NCBI RefSeq assembly: GCF_009914755.1
Contig: NC_060930.1
Origin: the human T2T-CHM13v2.0 reference genome, Homo sapiens
Length of the DNA stretch: 64,000 nt
Reading direction: 5' to 3' (one strand)
The position numbers were made by a program, and so were the translations under genes. Under the pieces are notes generated by a model. That model had not been told where the DNA came from and did not search any database. It saw only the letters and a list, made by a program, of their open reading frames with translations. How positions within the stretch are numbered: position 1 is the first letter of the stretch; each line of letters starts with the position of its first letter. Shown in pieces: positions 43,606 to 57,712 of the stretch.

Positions 43606-45676
43606 GAATGTAAAAAAATTAAACTAATGTGGATAGAAATAAGTATTAAATAAGACTTACTAGAGTAATTATTTATTTTTTAAATGATGAGGTATCAAAA
43701 TGCATTAAGGAAAATCTAAATAATTATATTTACAAATATGAATCATAAATTAATTGTAAAATAGGCAAATACTTATCTGATTATATGTGAAAATGGACTT
43801 TCTAAACAGCTTTTGCTAATAAGTAAGAAAAATATAAGCCACCTGGACAAAAATAGACAAAGGGAAGTATAATACTCAGTATTATTTTCTGTACAATGAT
43901 GCACATTAGACTGAAAAATATAAAACTGAAGTTTCTAAGAGTCAAATATATTTGTTCATCAATAATTTCATATGGCTGATTCTATCACCTAATAGGGGCA
44001 GCCTGCTAAAATTTCTGAAAGGATGTGTGAAAATAATAACCTCAGATATAGCATGCCCTCATTTATTTTGTTTTAGAAAAAATAAGAAAATTAAGGAAAG
44101 GCTTACAATTTCATTACAATGACTCCATCCGCACTGTGTTTAAAAATAACTGATTGGACAAGCCTAAATATTCAACAATAGTGTAAGGATTAGATAAATT
44201 ATCAAATATCTTTATAGTAGAAGTCTATGTAGCCAATAAAATCAGTGGGAGAAAATTTGATCCTACTAGACCACCAGGAAGTGCTGGGAGGGTGGTAGGA
44301 AATGTCTCCTGTTTTTCTGTTCAGTAGCCTGTCCTTCAAATTCTCCTTCTCTAGTCACCCCCACTCTAACATGGTCTTGCTCCACCATGGGGATACTACC
44401 TGACTAATATTGCTCATAAGATAGCAAAAAAGAAAAAGAAAAAGAAGAAGCTGGTAAAAGCAGAGTAGGTAAGCTCAAACTCACAAACTCATTCACACAG
44501 CTCAGGCAGCAGAGCAATTTCATCACAGCAGAGAGAAAGAGGAAGGAAGAGTCTGTGACGTGAAACTGTGATGGTAAGATTCTGGACCAAGGGAAAAGGG
44601 AAAAGAACCACAGAATAGCTCAGGGATGGTGGAGGTTGCGAGGGAGATAGAGTGTAGGACTTTATGGCCTGAAGATGAGCTCTGGATGGGATAAATAATA
44701 AATATAAATCTTTGGAAGTAAAGACCAATGTAGAAACCACTTTCGGTCACTGGAATTTTTTATTTAAATGTTTACAAAACATGAATGTCTCATAATGAAA
44801 CATGAATGAAATTGTTTGTTTACTTAAATGTTTATGAAACATAAAAATAGTTTGCTATATTGAGATATTGTCTTGCTTTAGGATATTACCTAGAAATATT
44901 TCACAGTATTTAATATTTTCTTTCCATGCCTAAGGTGCTAATAAATAGAAAGGCATTTGTAGTTTTTAGTTTTATTTGCCCTTTGAGTCAAGGGATTTCT
45001 AAACATTTGAATCTTTAGGTTTCAAAAAACAGACATGGAACATTGCCCAGTAGTAAAGTATAATAGTAGTAATGGTAGTTATAAAAAATAGTGATAAAAC
45101 AAAATTTGTAATCAGTTAAAGAGAGAGGGTTATTTGTCATAATAGTCTTTGCAATGAATTATAATGGTTTTTTATTTCAAATAGGAGATTGTGATGATAA
45201 AAAAAATTCTAAAATTAGTTTATATTGTTCCATACCTGAATAACAATAAAGGATATAGTAAAACTTCACTTAGGTAAGAAAACAATTTTTTCTTTCTGAT
45301 AATACCATGGATCGCTTTTGGAAACAAATGTATGCCACAGAATAAGATAAATGTAATATAATGTTAGAAAGGAAGAAAAGAAACTGGAGTTAAGGAAAAA
45401 ACATATCCTTTTAAGACACAAATGTGAAAAATTCTCAAAATGCTTATAAAATATCCTTAAAGCCCAACTTCACTTGTAACATTTACTGTGGAAACAAGGA
45501 CCAGTTTTCTTCAAGTCTTAGGTTTTCATGAAGCGCTGCCTGAAATATACTGCAGTGGCCCAGTCCCCACAGCATGGACTTAAAGGAAGACCCTTCTCTG
45601 AGTTACAACTTCTATGATGTCTTTCCTCCTGAAAGATGAAGAAAAGCAACTCAGTAAGTCCGAAGTGGAACTAAGC

Positions 45677-46155
45677 TGTTAAATAATAATTTCACTATAT
45701 GCAGTTAAATAGGCAAGGAGGATTGTATTCAAGACTATTGCAATAGGAAAAAAAGATTGAACTAAACTCCCTGAAACAAAAGGAAAGAGGGTTTTTAAGT
45801 GCTGGTGTGAGCTGCTAAAAAAATGTTGCAGAACTGTAGGGGCAAAGCTGGACAATGTGATTAGGCCATTTGTGATTGCTAATTGCTGCTTTCAGAAGTT
45901 AGGCTCCTATACTCCCAGACACTGGGAAATAGGGGTGCTAGCTCTCCTAATGACTACATATTATAGGAATGACTCCCAGGTCCTTAAGAAAGACATTCCT
46001 GGGATATAGAAGATTTAAATCTCAAAGAAGCAGAGAAAGAATTTACAAGTTTTCTAATGTGAATGCTCTGTAAAGGGAGGTCAGGGGTCTATAATTTGAA
46101 AGAATTCTGTCTAAAGTATGGTCAAGCTGAGGGAAAAGTTAAGCTGCCTTGGTTA
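45677..46155 (-). mobile_element. MER31 (ERV1) solo LTR
   Basis: Minus strand starts 'taaccaaggcagcttaacttttccctcagcttgaccatactttagacag', matching the MER31 start, and ends '...tttaaca'. Confidence 0.75.
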
Positions 46156-46794
46156 GCTGTTTCATGTGACTTATCAGCACAACACTTGGCCTCCCAATTT
46201 ATCGCGGTGGAGAAATTACCCAATAGAAGACAGACAAGCCTAGAGTTACAGGTGATACATGCTGGCATGGTGCAATGATACCTAACTCCTTCTTAAGTTC
46301 TCTCTATATGTGTTAAAAAGCAATGTCACAAGTTAAATTTAACCACAGTCTATATGAAATACCAATAATGCAATAATGGATAATGATAACTTTTAATATT
46401 CAGAGGCAGGAAACCAAAACTGTACTCTGTCTCTAGTCTTATACCTGCCACCAACATACATTTTTTTTTCTAGCTCAATGGCTTGAAGAAGGGGCATTTG
46501 AAGCCAAGTATTTTTCCTTTTATTCCTCCTGATTAACTCTAGAGAACCCTTTAAACAATTTTCCTTGCTTATTTGAATTTTGACTTCAAATGCTTTTCAT
46601 GACTTTAACTAACAATCATGGAAATATTGTCTACTCCAAGTAAACTGTAACTGAGGACTTGGCCTACTTGTTTATCCAAGGTCCCGCTCAATATCTATAT
46701 GAGTAAATAGTGTAAGGAAAAAATTGTTTCCTGAGGAATTTTGTTTGTTTTGTTTTGTTTTTTACTTTCTGGAAGAATAATTTTCCAATGCAGA

Positions 46795-47065
46795 GACAGT
46801 ACAACTAAATAAATAGTTAATCCTTCAATTCCTGGAGCTAGATTCATGGGTAGGAATCCCAGCGATAAAACTCATGGCTGTGTACCCTAGGCTAAGTTAC
46901 TTCATTCTGTGCCTGTTTCCTCCTATCTGAAATAAGGTCATCAATAGAACTTACCCAACAGAGCTATTGTGACAATAACATGAGTTAAGGCATGTAAACC
47001 TTCAAATATGGTAAACTGGTATATTGAAAGCCTAATACATGGTAAGCTCATATACTTAGCATCAT
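46795..47065 (+). mobile_element. MIR
   Basis: 'ggctgtgtaccctaggctaagttacttcattctgtgcctgtttcctcctatctgaaata'. Confidence 0.75.
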
Positions 47066-47794
47066 TTATTCTCTTTCTCTCTTTCTTTTTCTCTTTCTCT
47101 TCTTCCCTTCTTTTACCCTTTCCCTTCCTTTCCTTTCTATTTATATCTCTCTTTGTTTTACTTGTGTTGTAAGAAAAGTCACTGCTTAACCATAGTAACA
47201 ATGCAGACTCTCACATAAAATACTTAGAAAAGTAATTCATTCATAGTAAATGCTAAGTAAGTGCTGCTGTTGGTATTATTTTCTTTATTCCTAAAACTTG
47301 TATTTCCTATGTGGACTTGGGGTTTATTACCCACATTTCATGTGTTTTTTATTGTAGGTTCTTCAAGTGTTTCATAAGACTTCAAAGTAAAATATAGATA
47401 AAATAAACTATGGCAGAAAATAATTCTCCATGGGTTAGAGGTCAGAAATAACTGTACAAGGTTCTGTAAAACTTACAAGGCACTAAAAATCTTAGAGTCT
47501 CTACTCTCTTGAAGTGTATACATTAAGAAGAAAACTTTATAAAATGAAACATAGTACTATGCCCCTAGCACATAAATACCGAGGTTCTGGAATTTTTTAA
47601 AGAAATAAATTTTAGTAGCATAATGCAAAAAGTGTATTATGTATCTTTGATAGTAGACTATGTGCCACATGCACAATTTCCTGTAAGTTATTTTGAGTTA
47701 AATAAATGTTTGAAATGAATAAGAAAGCATGAAAAAAATATGACAAAGCAATGGTATGCTAAGGATACTGAATAAAATAGAGAAGATATAGATT

Positions 47795-47980
47795 CTAAGT
47801 ACAGTCCTGCCAATGGATAATTTGTTATGAATTCCCAGGCAAAACACTTTCTCTTTTTGTATCTTATTTTTGTGTCAAACAATGATAACAACACCTGCTC
47901 TGCTTACCCAAAGGGATCTTGTGAAGATCAAGTGAGACTATGAATGTGAAAACCATGGTAATACACTATACAAACATATA
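47795..47980 (+). mobile_element. MIR fragment
   Basis: 'gataacaacacctgctctgcttacccaaagggatcttgtgaagatcaagtgag'. Confidence 0.55.
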
Positions 47981-50900
47981 CTAAACAAAGCAGTATACTA
48001 ACATAACTAGTAGTATAATTAGAAGATTGCATTTTCAAAATGCACTAAATGAGTTGCAGTACCTTAAAAGTCTACAACTTTAAAGGAAACAGATGGATAA
48101 GAATAGCTCTTAGATGCCAAATTTACCATGCTGTGTTTTCTTATAGGTATGCCTGAAAATGGGATCTAAAAAGAAATTACGAAATAAAATATCAGGTGTC
48201 CAATAGTAAATTGAGAAAAAAGACTTACTGCCATTAAAGCAAAAGAATAAAAAATAAACCTAATAAACTATAAACATATTTATCAAATTCATTTATGAGT
48301 ATTCACAGTAGTAGAGAATTCAGAGGTAGTATTTACCATAGAGTTAAAATTTGGGTGCTCACTGCTTGATATTGTCAATGTAATTAACCTTAACTATTTT
48401 TGTTTTGTACATACTGGTCCTTAATCATTTCCATAAATGTATTTCTTCCTTATTGCTATAATGCCCTTTCCACTTTTAGTTGATGAGAATGTTCATAAAT
48501 GTTTTGGCTTCTACCATCAGATGGAAAGATCTCTTATCTAATTGGCTGTTTTTACAGTATCTCTTAATTACAACTGGTTCTTGCTTGTAATTTCCATTCC
48601 ATCAGTTTCCTTTCTCTCAATTGCTTCCTATTTATGTCCTATAGACTTTATGAACTTAGAGTCATGTTTATGATACTGAATGGTTATAATGTCTCTTAGA
48701 ATTAGTGGCAGTAGATTTTTCTAGGTGATGAACTGCTCAAATTATAAATGCCATTTGAATTTAAAATATTCTGGAATTATTATTGAAAAATTATTATTAC
48801 GACAAGGAATTTACCAGCCAATTGTAAGCACATTATATGTGGGTTAATTCTAAAGTTGCAGGGAAGAGGAAGGGGATGTTTGTTTGCTATGCATATTTAA
48901 ACATCATAAAAGAGTATGATTGTCAAAAACAGATGCTGTCTTCTTGCATAAATTATAAATCATAGGTTTTATAAATAGTTTAAGTATTAGGAAAATTGTG
49001 ATGGAAAAAGAAATAAAACTGGGACAAGATAATAGGCACATTTCTGAAATATAGAAGACTGAGAGTGCCAGGTTAGAGAAGCCTGCTAGATTTGTGTATG
49101 TTCTAACATAGAATAAACAAATATTACAGCTCATGTACAGGAGAAGAGGTCCTGGAAAAGCCTGTGGCATAGGCGGAATCTTTTATTCTATGAGTAAGCA
49201 GAAATAAAGATGTTAAGCTTTTGAATTATTTTTTCATTAGCAACATTTACGTTGCCTCATGCTTCTGACTCAAGTTCACTATGAGATGGAAGATAATGTA
49301 TATGAATAACAATTTTGCAATCATTTTGCTGCAGATCTGGGCAATTGATTTCTTTTTCATGACATGAGAGGAAGAAATAAACCAAAATCAGATTTTTGTT
49401 TTCTGACAAAGTTCTTAGTGCATGCATGTGTGGCTGTGAGGATACTAGAATATGAGCAGTAAGATTTGAGAGAATGTTGTTTCCTCCACTTCCTTTCAAA
49501 CTAACCCTGCCCTGACACCCATTCCTTACCCAGAAAATATAAGTGAAAGTGACAATTATTTCATAAAATCTGAGTAAGGTTTTACTCTCAGATTTTGCTC
49601 AAACAGAAAAGCTTCAAAAGACAGTGGAGGAGGTTGTGTGGTTAGTAAAAGAGTAAAAAATCCAAGTTGAATTTGTAACCCATAGGTATGGTGTAGATAA
49701 TGATGATGAAAGAAATAATGAAAGAGCTAGCACTTAGTGACTAGAAAGTGAGAGCTTACTATGTGCCATGCATGGGCTGTGCAAAATGTGCTATTCTGCA
49801 ACCCCATGTAAATATTGAATATATTTTACAGGCTATATTTTAAATTAAGTCACTCTAAAACTAACCTCCAATTTTGGTGAAAATCTATGTAAACTTTTTT
49901 TGGTGCAATGATAGACAAATGGACAGAACTGGCATTTTATTCATATGGATATTATTTTCAGTTTTAATACCTAAAGTTAGGGTCAAAAAATTAAATTGTA
50001 AATAAAGGAAAATAAATTATTTTCCTTCAGTGAGCCAGGAACTTAGTTCTAACTCCACAAGTGAGGTATTTTCTCTCTCTTCAGTCACATGGGACCCGTT
50101 TTTTAGCTTTCCAATCTAATGGATTTCTAGTGGCCTTCCTACGCACCTAGCTATAGAAGAAGTGAATTAGGCAATAGGGAAAACTCAGCTCATTAGGATC
50201 CAATGTGCTGTACTCAGAATTAAATTAAATAGTCTCACCTCATCAAACTTAAGAATCCACTATAACACAGACACTGATGAACAAAAGCCATTGTTTCACA
50301 ATAGAAGATGGCTCTATCTTCTGAATTTTGAATGTACACAATATAACCTCTTTCTTTGATGTTTCCAGTTAATTCACAAGGTCATCAGCATTCTACAAAA
50401 GTTGCATTCAAGAGTGTCCTGGGACTGGACTGTTCAACATATTTCAACTTACTTCTTACCAGGTTTCAACCAACTGATTCTCCAAATGTGCCTCTGTGCT
50501 TAGACTGTAAAACAAAAAACACAATGCAAGATGGAGCTAAGGAAACAGTAGAAGTGAATCAGGGCATAGAGAAAAATGTTAAATTAGAGCTTGTTCAGAG
50601 TTCTATTTATTTCTTGAAATAAATTCATATGATTAAAATTCTGGAAAATAGAAAAGTGCTTTTTTTTTTTATTTTGTAGCCATTTGCCAAAAAATGATAA
50701 TTAAAGTCACTGAAAATAATTAGCATACTTAAGAGGAAAAATGACTAACTGGAGTTTTCAGATGAGTGTCAAAATGAGAAGCTTTCAAACCACATAATGA
50801 GAGAATTCAAGAAAGTAGGACTGTTTTTATAAGACAAAAGAAGAGTTGAAAGACAGCAAAGACTTTCTTCATGGGGTAACATTTTGAATGAGAAATTAGA

Positions 50901-51343
50901 TCTATTTTCTTAGACTCTACAAGTAAAACTGGAACAATTTGCAGACAATTTCAGTATAATTCTCCAAGTATTTGGTGATTGGATGTTTTTAAGCAGAGAA
51001 AACTATTCTAATGTGATAATATTGTAGAAAAAATCCTTTTAGAAACATTGTTTTTGAAAAACACCTGGGGTTTGCCCATTTAATCATGAAAATACTTGTT
51101 TATTTTAATTCCTTGATAGAAGCATTACAAATTTCTGTTTTGAAATTTCTGTTTTTGTTGTGTTTGATGAACCACATTAACAATTTGATGGTTTCAGGAG
51201 GATGCATTTTAATAATAACCACATGCTGTATGCAGTGACACATTCAGAACCCATGTCAATATGCCTGTTGCTACACCCAAAGTCTCTAAACCATATGTTT
51301 TGGTTGGTTTGATGCTTTTATTAATTTTGGGGTATTTTTCTAC

Positions 51344-53707
51344 TGTATTAGTCCATTTTCACACTGCTATGAAAGATTGAATAATTTACAAAGGAAAGAG
51401 GTTTAATTGACTCACATTTCTGCATGGCTGTAGAGGCCTCAGGAAACTTACAATCATGGCAGATGGGGAATCAGGCACCTTTATTGTGAAGAATGAGGTG
51501 ACAGGAGAGAGAAGTGCAAGCAGGGGAAATGCCAGATACTTATAAAACCACCAGCTCTCATGAGAACTCGCTCACTATCACAAGAACAGCATGGGGAGAC
51601 TGCCGCCATGATTCAGTCACCTCTATTCCTCCACACATGTGGATTACAATCTGAGATGAGATTTGGGTGGGGATAGGGTTACAGAGCCACACCATATCAT
51701 TTCACCCCTGGCCTGTCGCAAATCTCCTGTCTTTTCACATTTCAAAATTAATAATGCCTTCCTACAGTCCCCTAGTCTTAACTCATTCCAGCATTAACTT
51801 AAAAGTCCACATCCAAAATCTCATCTGAGGTAAGGGAATTCCCTTCCACCTAGGAGCCTGTAAAATTAAACGCAAGTTAGTTACTTTCAAGGTACAATGG
51901 AAGTACAGGCATTGGATAAATGCTGTCAGTCCAAATGGGAGAGATTGGCCAAAATAAAGCAGCTACAGGCCCCATGCAAGTCTAAAATCCAGCGGGACAC
52001 TCATTAAATGTTAAGTCTCCGAAATAATCTCCTTTGATTCCATGTCTCACATCCAGGCCATGCTGATACAAGGGGTGGGCTCTCACAGCCTTGGGCAGCT
52101 CCTTCACAGGCTGGCATTGAGTGCCTGTGGCTTTTACAGGGGCATGGTGCAAGCTGTCAGTGGATCTACCACTATGGGGTCTGGAGGATGGTGGCCCTCT
52201 TCTCACAGCTCCACTAGACATTGCCCCAGTGGGGACTCTGTGTTGGGGCTCCAACCCCACTTTCCCCTCTGCACCACCTTAGTAGAGGTTCTCCATGAGG
52301 GCTTCACCCCTGCAGAAGACTTCTGCCTGAACATCCAGGCATTTCCATACATCCTCTGAAATCTAGACAGAGGTTCCCAAACCTCAATTCTTGACTTCTG
52401 TGCACTGCAGGCCCAACACCACATGAAAGCTGCCAAGGATTGGGGTTTGGATCCTCTGAAGCAATGGTCCTAGCTGTACCTTGGCCCCTTTTAGCCATGA
52501 CTGGAGCTGAAGCAGCTGGACTCAGGGCACCATGTCCAAGGTGCCCAGAGCAGTGGAGTCCCTGGGCCTGGCTCACAAAACCTATTTTCTTCCTAGGCCT
52601 CTGGGCCTGTGATGGGAGGGGCTGCCACAAAGTTCTCCGACATTCCCTGGAGACATTTTCCCTATTGTTTCGGTGATTAACATTTGGCTCCTTGTTACTT
52701 ATGCAAATTTCTGCAACCAGCTTGAATTTCTCCCCAGAAAATGTGTTTTTCTTCTTCTATTACATTGTCAGGCTGCAAATTTCCCAAACTTTTATTCTTT
52801 GCTTCCCTTTTCAATATAAAGTGACAATTTCAAACCATTTATTTGGGTATGCATAAAACTGAATGCTTTCAAAATAATCCAGGTCACATATTGAATAATT
52901 TGCTGCTTAGAAATTTCTTTTACCAGGTACCCTAAATCATCTCTCCCAAATTCACAGTTTTCATTTTACCAGATACCTTAAATCATCTCTCTCAATGTTC
53001 CACAGATCTCTACAGCAGGAGCAAAATGCCACCAGTCTCTTTGCTAAAGCATAGCATGAGTGACCTTTACTCCAGTTCCCAATAAGTTCCTCATCTCCGT
53101 CTGAGACCACCTCAGCCTGGACTTCATTGTTCACATCACTATCAGCATTTTGGTCAAAACCATTCAACAAGTCTCTAGGAAGTTCAAAACTTCCCCACTT
53201 ATTCCTGTCTTCTTCTGAGCTCTCCAAACTGTTTCAACTTCTGCCCATTACCCAGTTCCAAAGTCGCTTCCACACTTTCAAGTATCTTTCTAGCAGTGCC
53301 CCACCATCTTCAGTACCAATTTATTTTACTAGTCCATTTTCACACTGCTATAAAGAAATACCCAAGACTAGGCAATTTATGAAAGAAAGGAGTTTAATTG
53401 ACTCACAGTTACACATGACTGGGGAGGCCTCCAGAAACTTACAATCATGACAGAAGGGGAAGCAGAAACCTTCTTCTTAAGGCAGCAGGAGAGAGAAGTG
53501 CAAGCAGGGGATATGACAGATGCCTGTAAAACCATCAGATCTCATGAGAACCCACTCACTATCATGAGAACAGCGTGGGGGAAACCATCCCTATGATCCA
53601 ATCACCTCCCTCCTTTGACACATGGGTATTACAGATCCCTCCCTTGAAATGTGGGGATTACAATTCAAGATGAGATTTGGGTAGGGACACAGAGCAAAAC
53701 AATATCA
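51344..53707 (-). mobile_element. THE1D MaLR provirus: 3' LTR 51344-51699, internal region 51700-53324, 5' LTR 53325-53707
   Basis: Two direct LTRs flank a ~1.6-kb THE1-int region; a purine tract abuts the 3' LTR; TSD tctac/tctat. Confidence 0.92.
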
Positions 53708-54817
53708 TCTATATTTTCACATTATGACTCGTTCTGTATCTTCTATAGTGAGTATGTAAACCAAGCACAAAACTTGTTGAAGATAAGCAAACACAAGCTA
53801 ACAGAGGAATTCTTCTAACAGTAATACAAACACATTAACTTGAGAGTGCCTTGAACTCAAACTATGTAGTTCCTATGGGCATAAATATATTTAGCAGACT
53901 ATGCAGTCTACCCAGGGTAATCTGTTATAAATTTCTAATTCAAACTTTAGGACTGGAAAAAGCCTTGAATAATCCTGATTTATCTTCCTTTTTTTTTGTT
54001 CTGAGTATATTTTTCTATTTGTCATACTCTACTTTTTCCTTTGATAGAGTATTAATTACTTAAACCTAGCTTTTATCGTTATTTGGGAAAATACTTAGTC
54101 TTGGCTCATAAGTTTGTATGAAGTCTACTTTAAATACATTTTTTAATCAATTGCATTTAAAAGAAGTAGCTTATTATAATCTGCCAAATCCTAAAACCTG
54201 CTGTTTACCAGCTACCAGGCAATTGCTTCTCTTCATATTTTGGTGGCCTGTGGCTTTCCTTTGCTCTCCATTCTGTTTCCTCTATGTTCTCCTGCCTAGC
54301 TAGTTAGTTGCCTTAGTGCTCTGACCATATTGGGAAAATAGGAGGTATTTTTTGTATTACTTTTTGGAGAGAAGAATAAACACTTTTAAATTCAATTAAT
54401 GCTGAAAATAATATGTAAGGAAATGGATACTGCAATACTTCCTTTGTAAGATTACACCCTGTTCATAATAGCTGAGATCTTTACTCCTTAACTATTTGAT
54501 AGACAATATTTACATGAGTTACAAATGGACTTTGGAGCAACAGTTATAGTAGCTAGGGGTCATTTAAAATTCCCTCCTGGTATTGAGGTTTTCTTCAATA
54601 GGGTGTATTGTAAGATATCTGATTTTCTGATTAGGGAGATATGCTGTGCCAGTGATGTAGTTCATATAATTCAGGAAAAAAAATGAATGAAAATGATAGA
54701 CCATTAAAAGACCGGAAATGAAAGAAAATTAAATTGTATAAATAGATTCTTATCATAGCTTCCCAGCCAGGAGAAACACAGCCACCAAGGAGATGTAGTA
54801 AAATGCTCTGTACTTTT

Positions 54818-54960
54818 TAATTCAGTCACATTTATTAAATATCTAGTATGTTTCAGGGACTATCCTTAGTTGTTATACATTATACATAGGATGCAAAAAA
54901 ATGGATAAGACTCAATGATTACACAAGTTGAGAAAGATAGTTAGGCAGGATGATAATTCA
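54818..54960 (-). mobile_element. L2 3' end; continues at 57720-58090 beyond the L1
   Basis: 'ttcagtcacatttattaaatatctagtatgtttcagggacta' L2 tail. Confidence 0.55.
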
Positions 54961-55010
54961 ATGATTACAAATATATATACACACACGCACATATATATGA
55001 CATTAGTTCT

Positions 55011-57712
55011 AAAACCCTGAACAGACCAACGAGTTCCAAAATTGAATCAGTAATAAAAAACTACCAACCAAAGAAGCCCTAGACCAGATAAATTCACAGC
55101 CTTATTCTACCATATGTACAAATAAAAGCTGGTACCAATTCTACTGAAACTATTCCAAAAAATCAAGGAGGAGAGAATTCTCCCTAACACGTTTTACAAA
55201 GCCAGCATCACCCTGATACCAAAAACTGGCAGACAACAACAAAAAAGAAAATTATAGGCCAATATCCCTGATGAACATAGATGCAAAAATCTGCAACAAA
55301 ATACTAACAAACTGAGTCCAGCAGCACATCACAAAGTTAATTCACCATGATCAAGTAGGCTTCACCCCTGAGACAGAAGTTTGGTTCAACATAATGCAAA
55401 TCAACACCTGTGATCCACCACATAAACAGAATTAGAAACAAAAACTATACGACTATCTCAATAGAGGTAAAAAAGGCCTTCAATAAAGTCCAACATCTCT
55501 TCATGATAAAAACCCTCAACAAACTAGGCATTGAAGGAACATACTTCAAAATAATAAGAGCCATCCATGACAAACTCATAGCCAACATCATACTGAATGG
55601 ACAAAATTAGAAGCATTCCCCTTTGGAACTGGAACAAGACAAGGATGCCCACTCGCCACTACTCTTCAACATTGTACTGGTAGTCCTTGCCAGAGCAATC
55701 AGGCAAGAAAAAGAAATAAAGTGCATCCAAAGGAAAAGAAGAAGTTATACTCTCTCCATTGATGATATGATTCTATACCTAGAAAGCCCTAAAGTCTCTG
55801 CCAAAGGGCTCTGGGAACTGATAAACAATTTCAATGAAGTTTCAGAATACAAAATCAATATACAAAAATTAATAGCATTTCTATACATAAATAATGTTCA
55901 AGCTAAGAGCAAAATCAAGAACACAACCCCATTTATGATAGCCACAAAAAATAAAATGCCTACAGATATATCTAACCAAGAGGATGAAAGATCTCTGCAA
56001 GAACTATAGAACACTACTGAAAGAAATAAGAGAATCTGAGCAAATGGAAAAATATTCCATACTCATGGGTAAGAAGAATTAATATTATTAAAATATCCAT
56101 ACTGCCAAACTAATCTACAGATTCAATGTTATTCCTATCAAACTATCCATGTCATTTTTCACAGAATTAGAAAAAAAATTCTAAAATTCATATAGAACCA
56201 AAAAAAGCCCAAATAGCCAGAGCTTTCCTAAGCAAAAAAAGCAAAACCAGAGGCATTACATTACCTGATTTCAAACTATACTATAAGGCAATAGTAACCA
56301 AAACAGCATGGTACCGGTACAAAAACAGACACATTGACCAATGGAACGAGTAAAGAACCCAGAAATAAAGCCGCCACACACCTACAGTCATCTGATCTTG
56401 ACAAAGATGACAAAAATAAGCAATGGGGAAAGGATTCCCTATTCAACAAATGTTGCTGGAATAGCTGACTAGCTATATGCAGAAGAATGAAACTCAAACC
56501 CTAACTTTCAAAATTATACAAAAATTAACTGAAGATGGATTAAGGATTTAAATATAAGACCTCAAACTATAATAACCCTAGACAGAAACCAGGAAACCCC
56601 ATTCTGGACATCAGTTTTGGGAAATAATTTATGATTAAGTCCTGAAAAGCAATTGCAACCAAAACAAATATTAACAACTAGGATCTAATTAAACTAATGA
56701 GCTTCTGCAAAGCCAAAAAAAAATCGATAAACAGACAACCAACACTAACATAATGGGAGAAAGTATTTGCAAGTATGCATCTGACAAAGGTCTAATATCC
56801 AGAATCTGTAAAGTATGTAAATAATTCAACAAGCAAAAAATAAATAATCCCATTAAAAAGTGAGCAAAAGACATGAACAGACACTTCTCAAAAGAAGATA
56901 TACAAATGGCCAAAAAACATATGAAAAAATGTTCAACAGTACTAACCATCAGAGAGATGCAAATCAAAACTAAAATGAGAAGCCGTCTTACCACAGTCGA
57001 AATGGCAATTATTAAAAAGTTAAAAAGCAATAGATATTGGTGAGGCTGTAGATAAAAGGGAATGCTTATCCACTGCTGATGGGAATGTAAATAAATTAAA
57101 CCACTGTGGAAAGCAGTTTGGAGATTTCTTGGAGAACTTAAAACAGAACAACCATTTGACCCAGGAATACTCTTTCTGGATGTATGTCCATGAGAGAATT
57201 AATTATTCTATCAAAAAGACACATGCACCTATATGTTCATTGCAGCACTGTTTAAAGTAACAAAGACATGGAATAAACCCAAATGTCCATCAATGATTGA
57301 TTGGATAAAGAAAACCTAGTACAAATACACTATGGAATACTATGCAGCCATGAAAAACAATGAAATCATGTCCTTTACAGAAACATAGGTGCAGCTGGAG
57401 GCCATTATCCAAAGCAAATTAATGCAGAAACAGAAAACCAAATACCACATATTCACAGTTATAAATGAGAGCTAAACATTAGGTAATCATGGACATAAAG
57501 ATGGCAACAATAGACACTGGGGGCTAGTAGAGGAGGGAGGGAGAGGGACAAATGTTGAAAAAATAACTATAACTATTGGATATTATGCTCACTACCTTAG
57601 TGGTGGTATCATTCATATCCCAAACCTCAGCGTCAGGCAATATACCTGCAACAAACCTGCACATATATACCATGAATCTAAAATAAAATTGAAATTATAT
57701 ATTTAAAGAAAA
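55011..57712 (+). mobile_element. L1PA15/16-PB-type, 5'-truncated (ORF2 RT to 3' UTR)
   Basis: ORFs at 55410 and 55623 are ORF2p RT remnants ([28 protein letters not shown]). 3' UTR ends 'ctaaaataaaattgaaatt'. Confidence 0.92.

Noticed and set aside
44270-44750. Possible ancient LTR
   Set aside because: Composition is LTR-like, but I could not identify termini, TSD or family.
51982-53450. Cluster of 77-108 aa ORFs
   Set aside because: They lie in the THE1-int region and are broken remnants of the MaLR internal ORF or its antisense.
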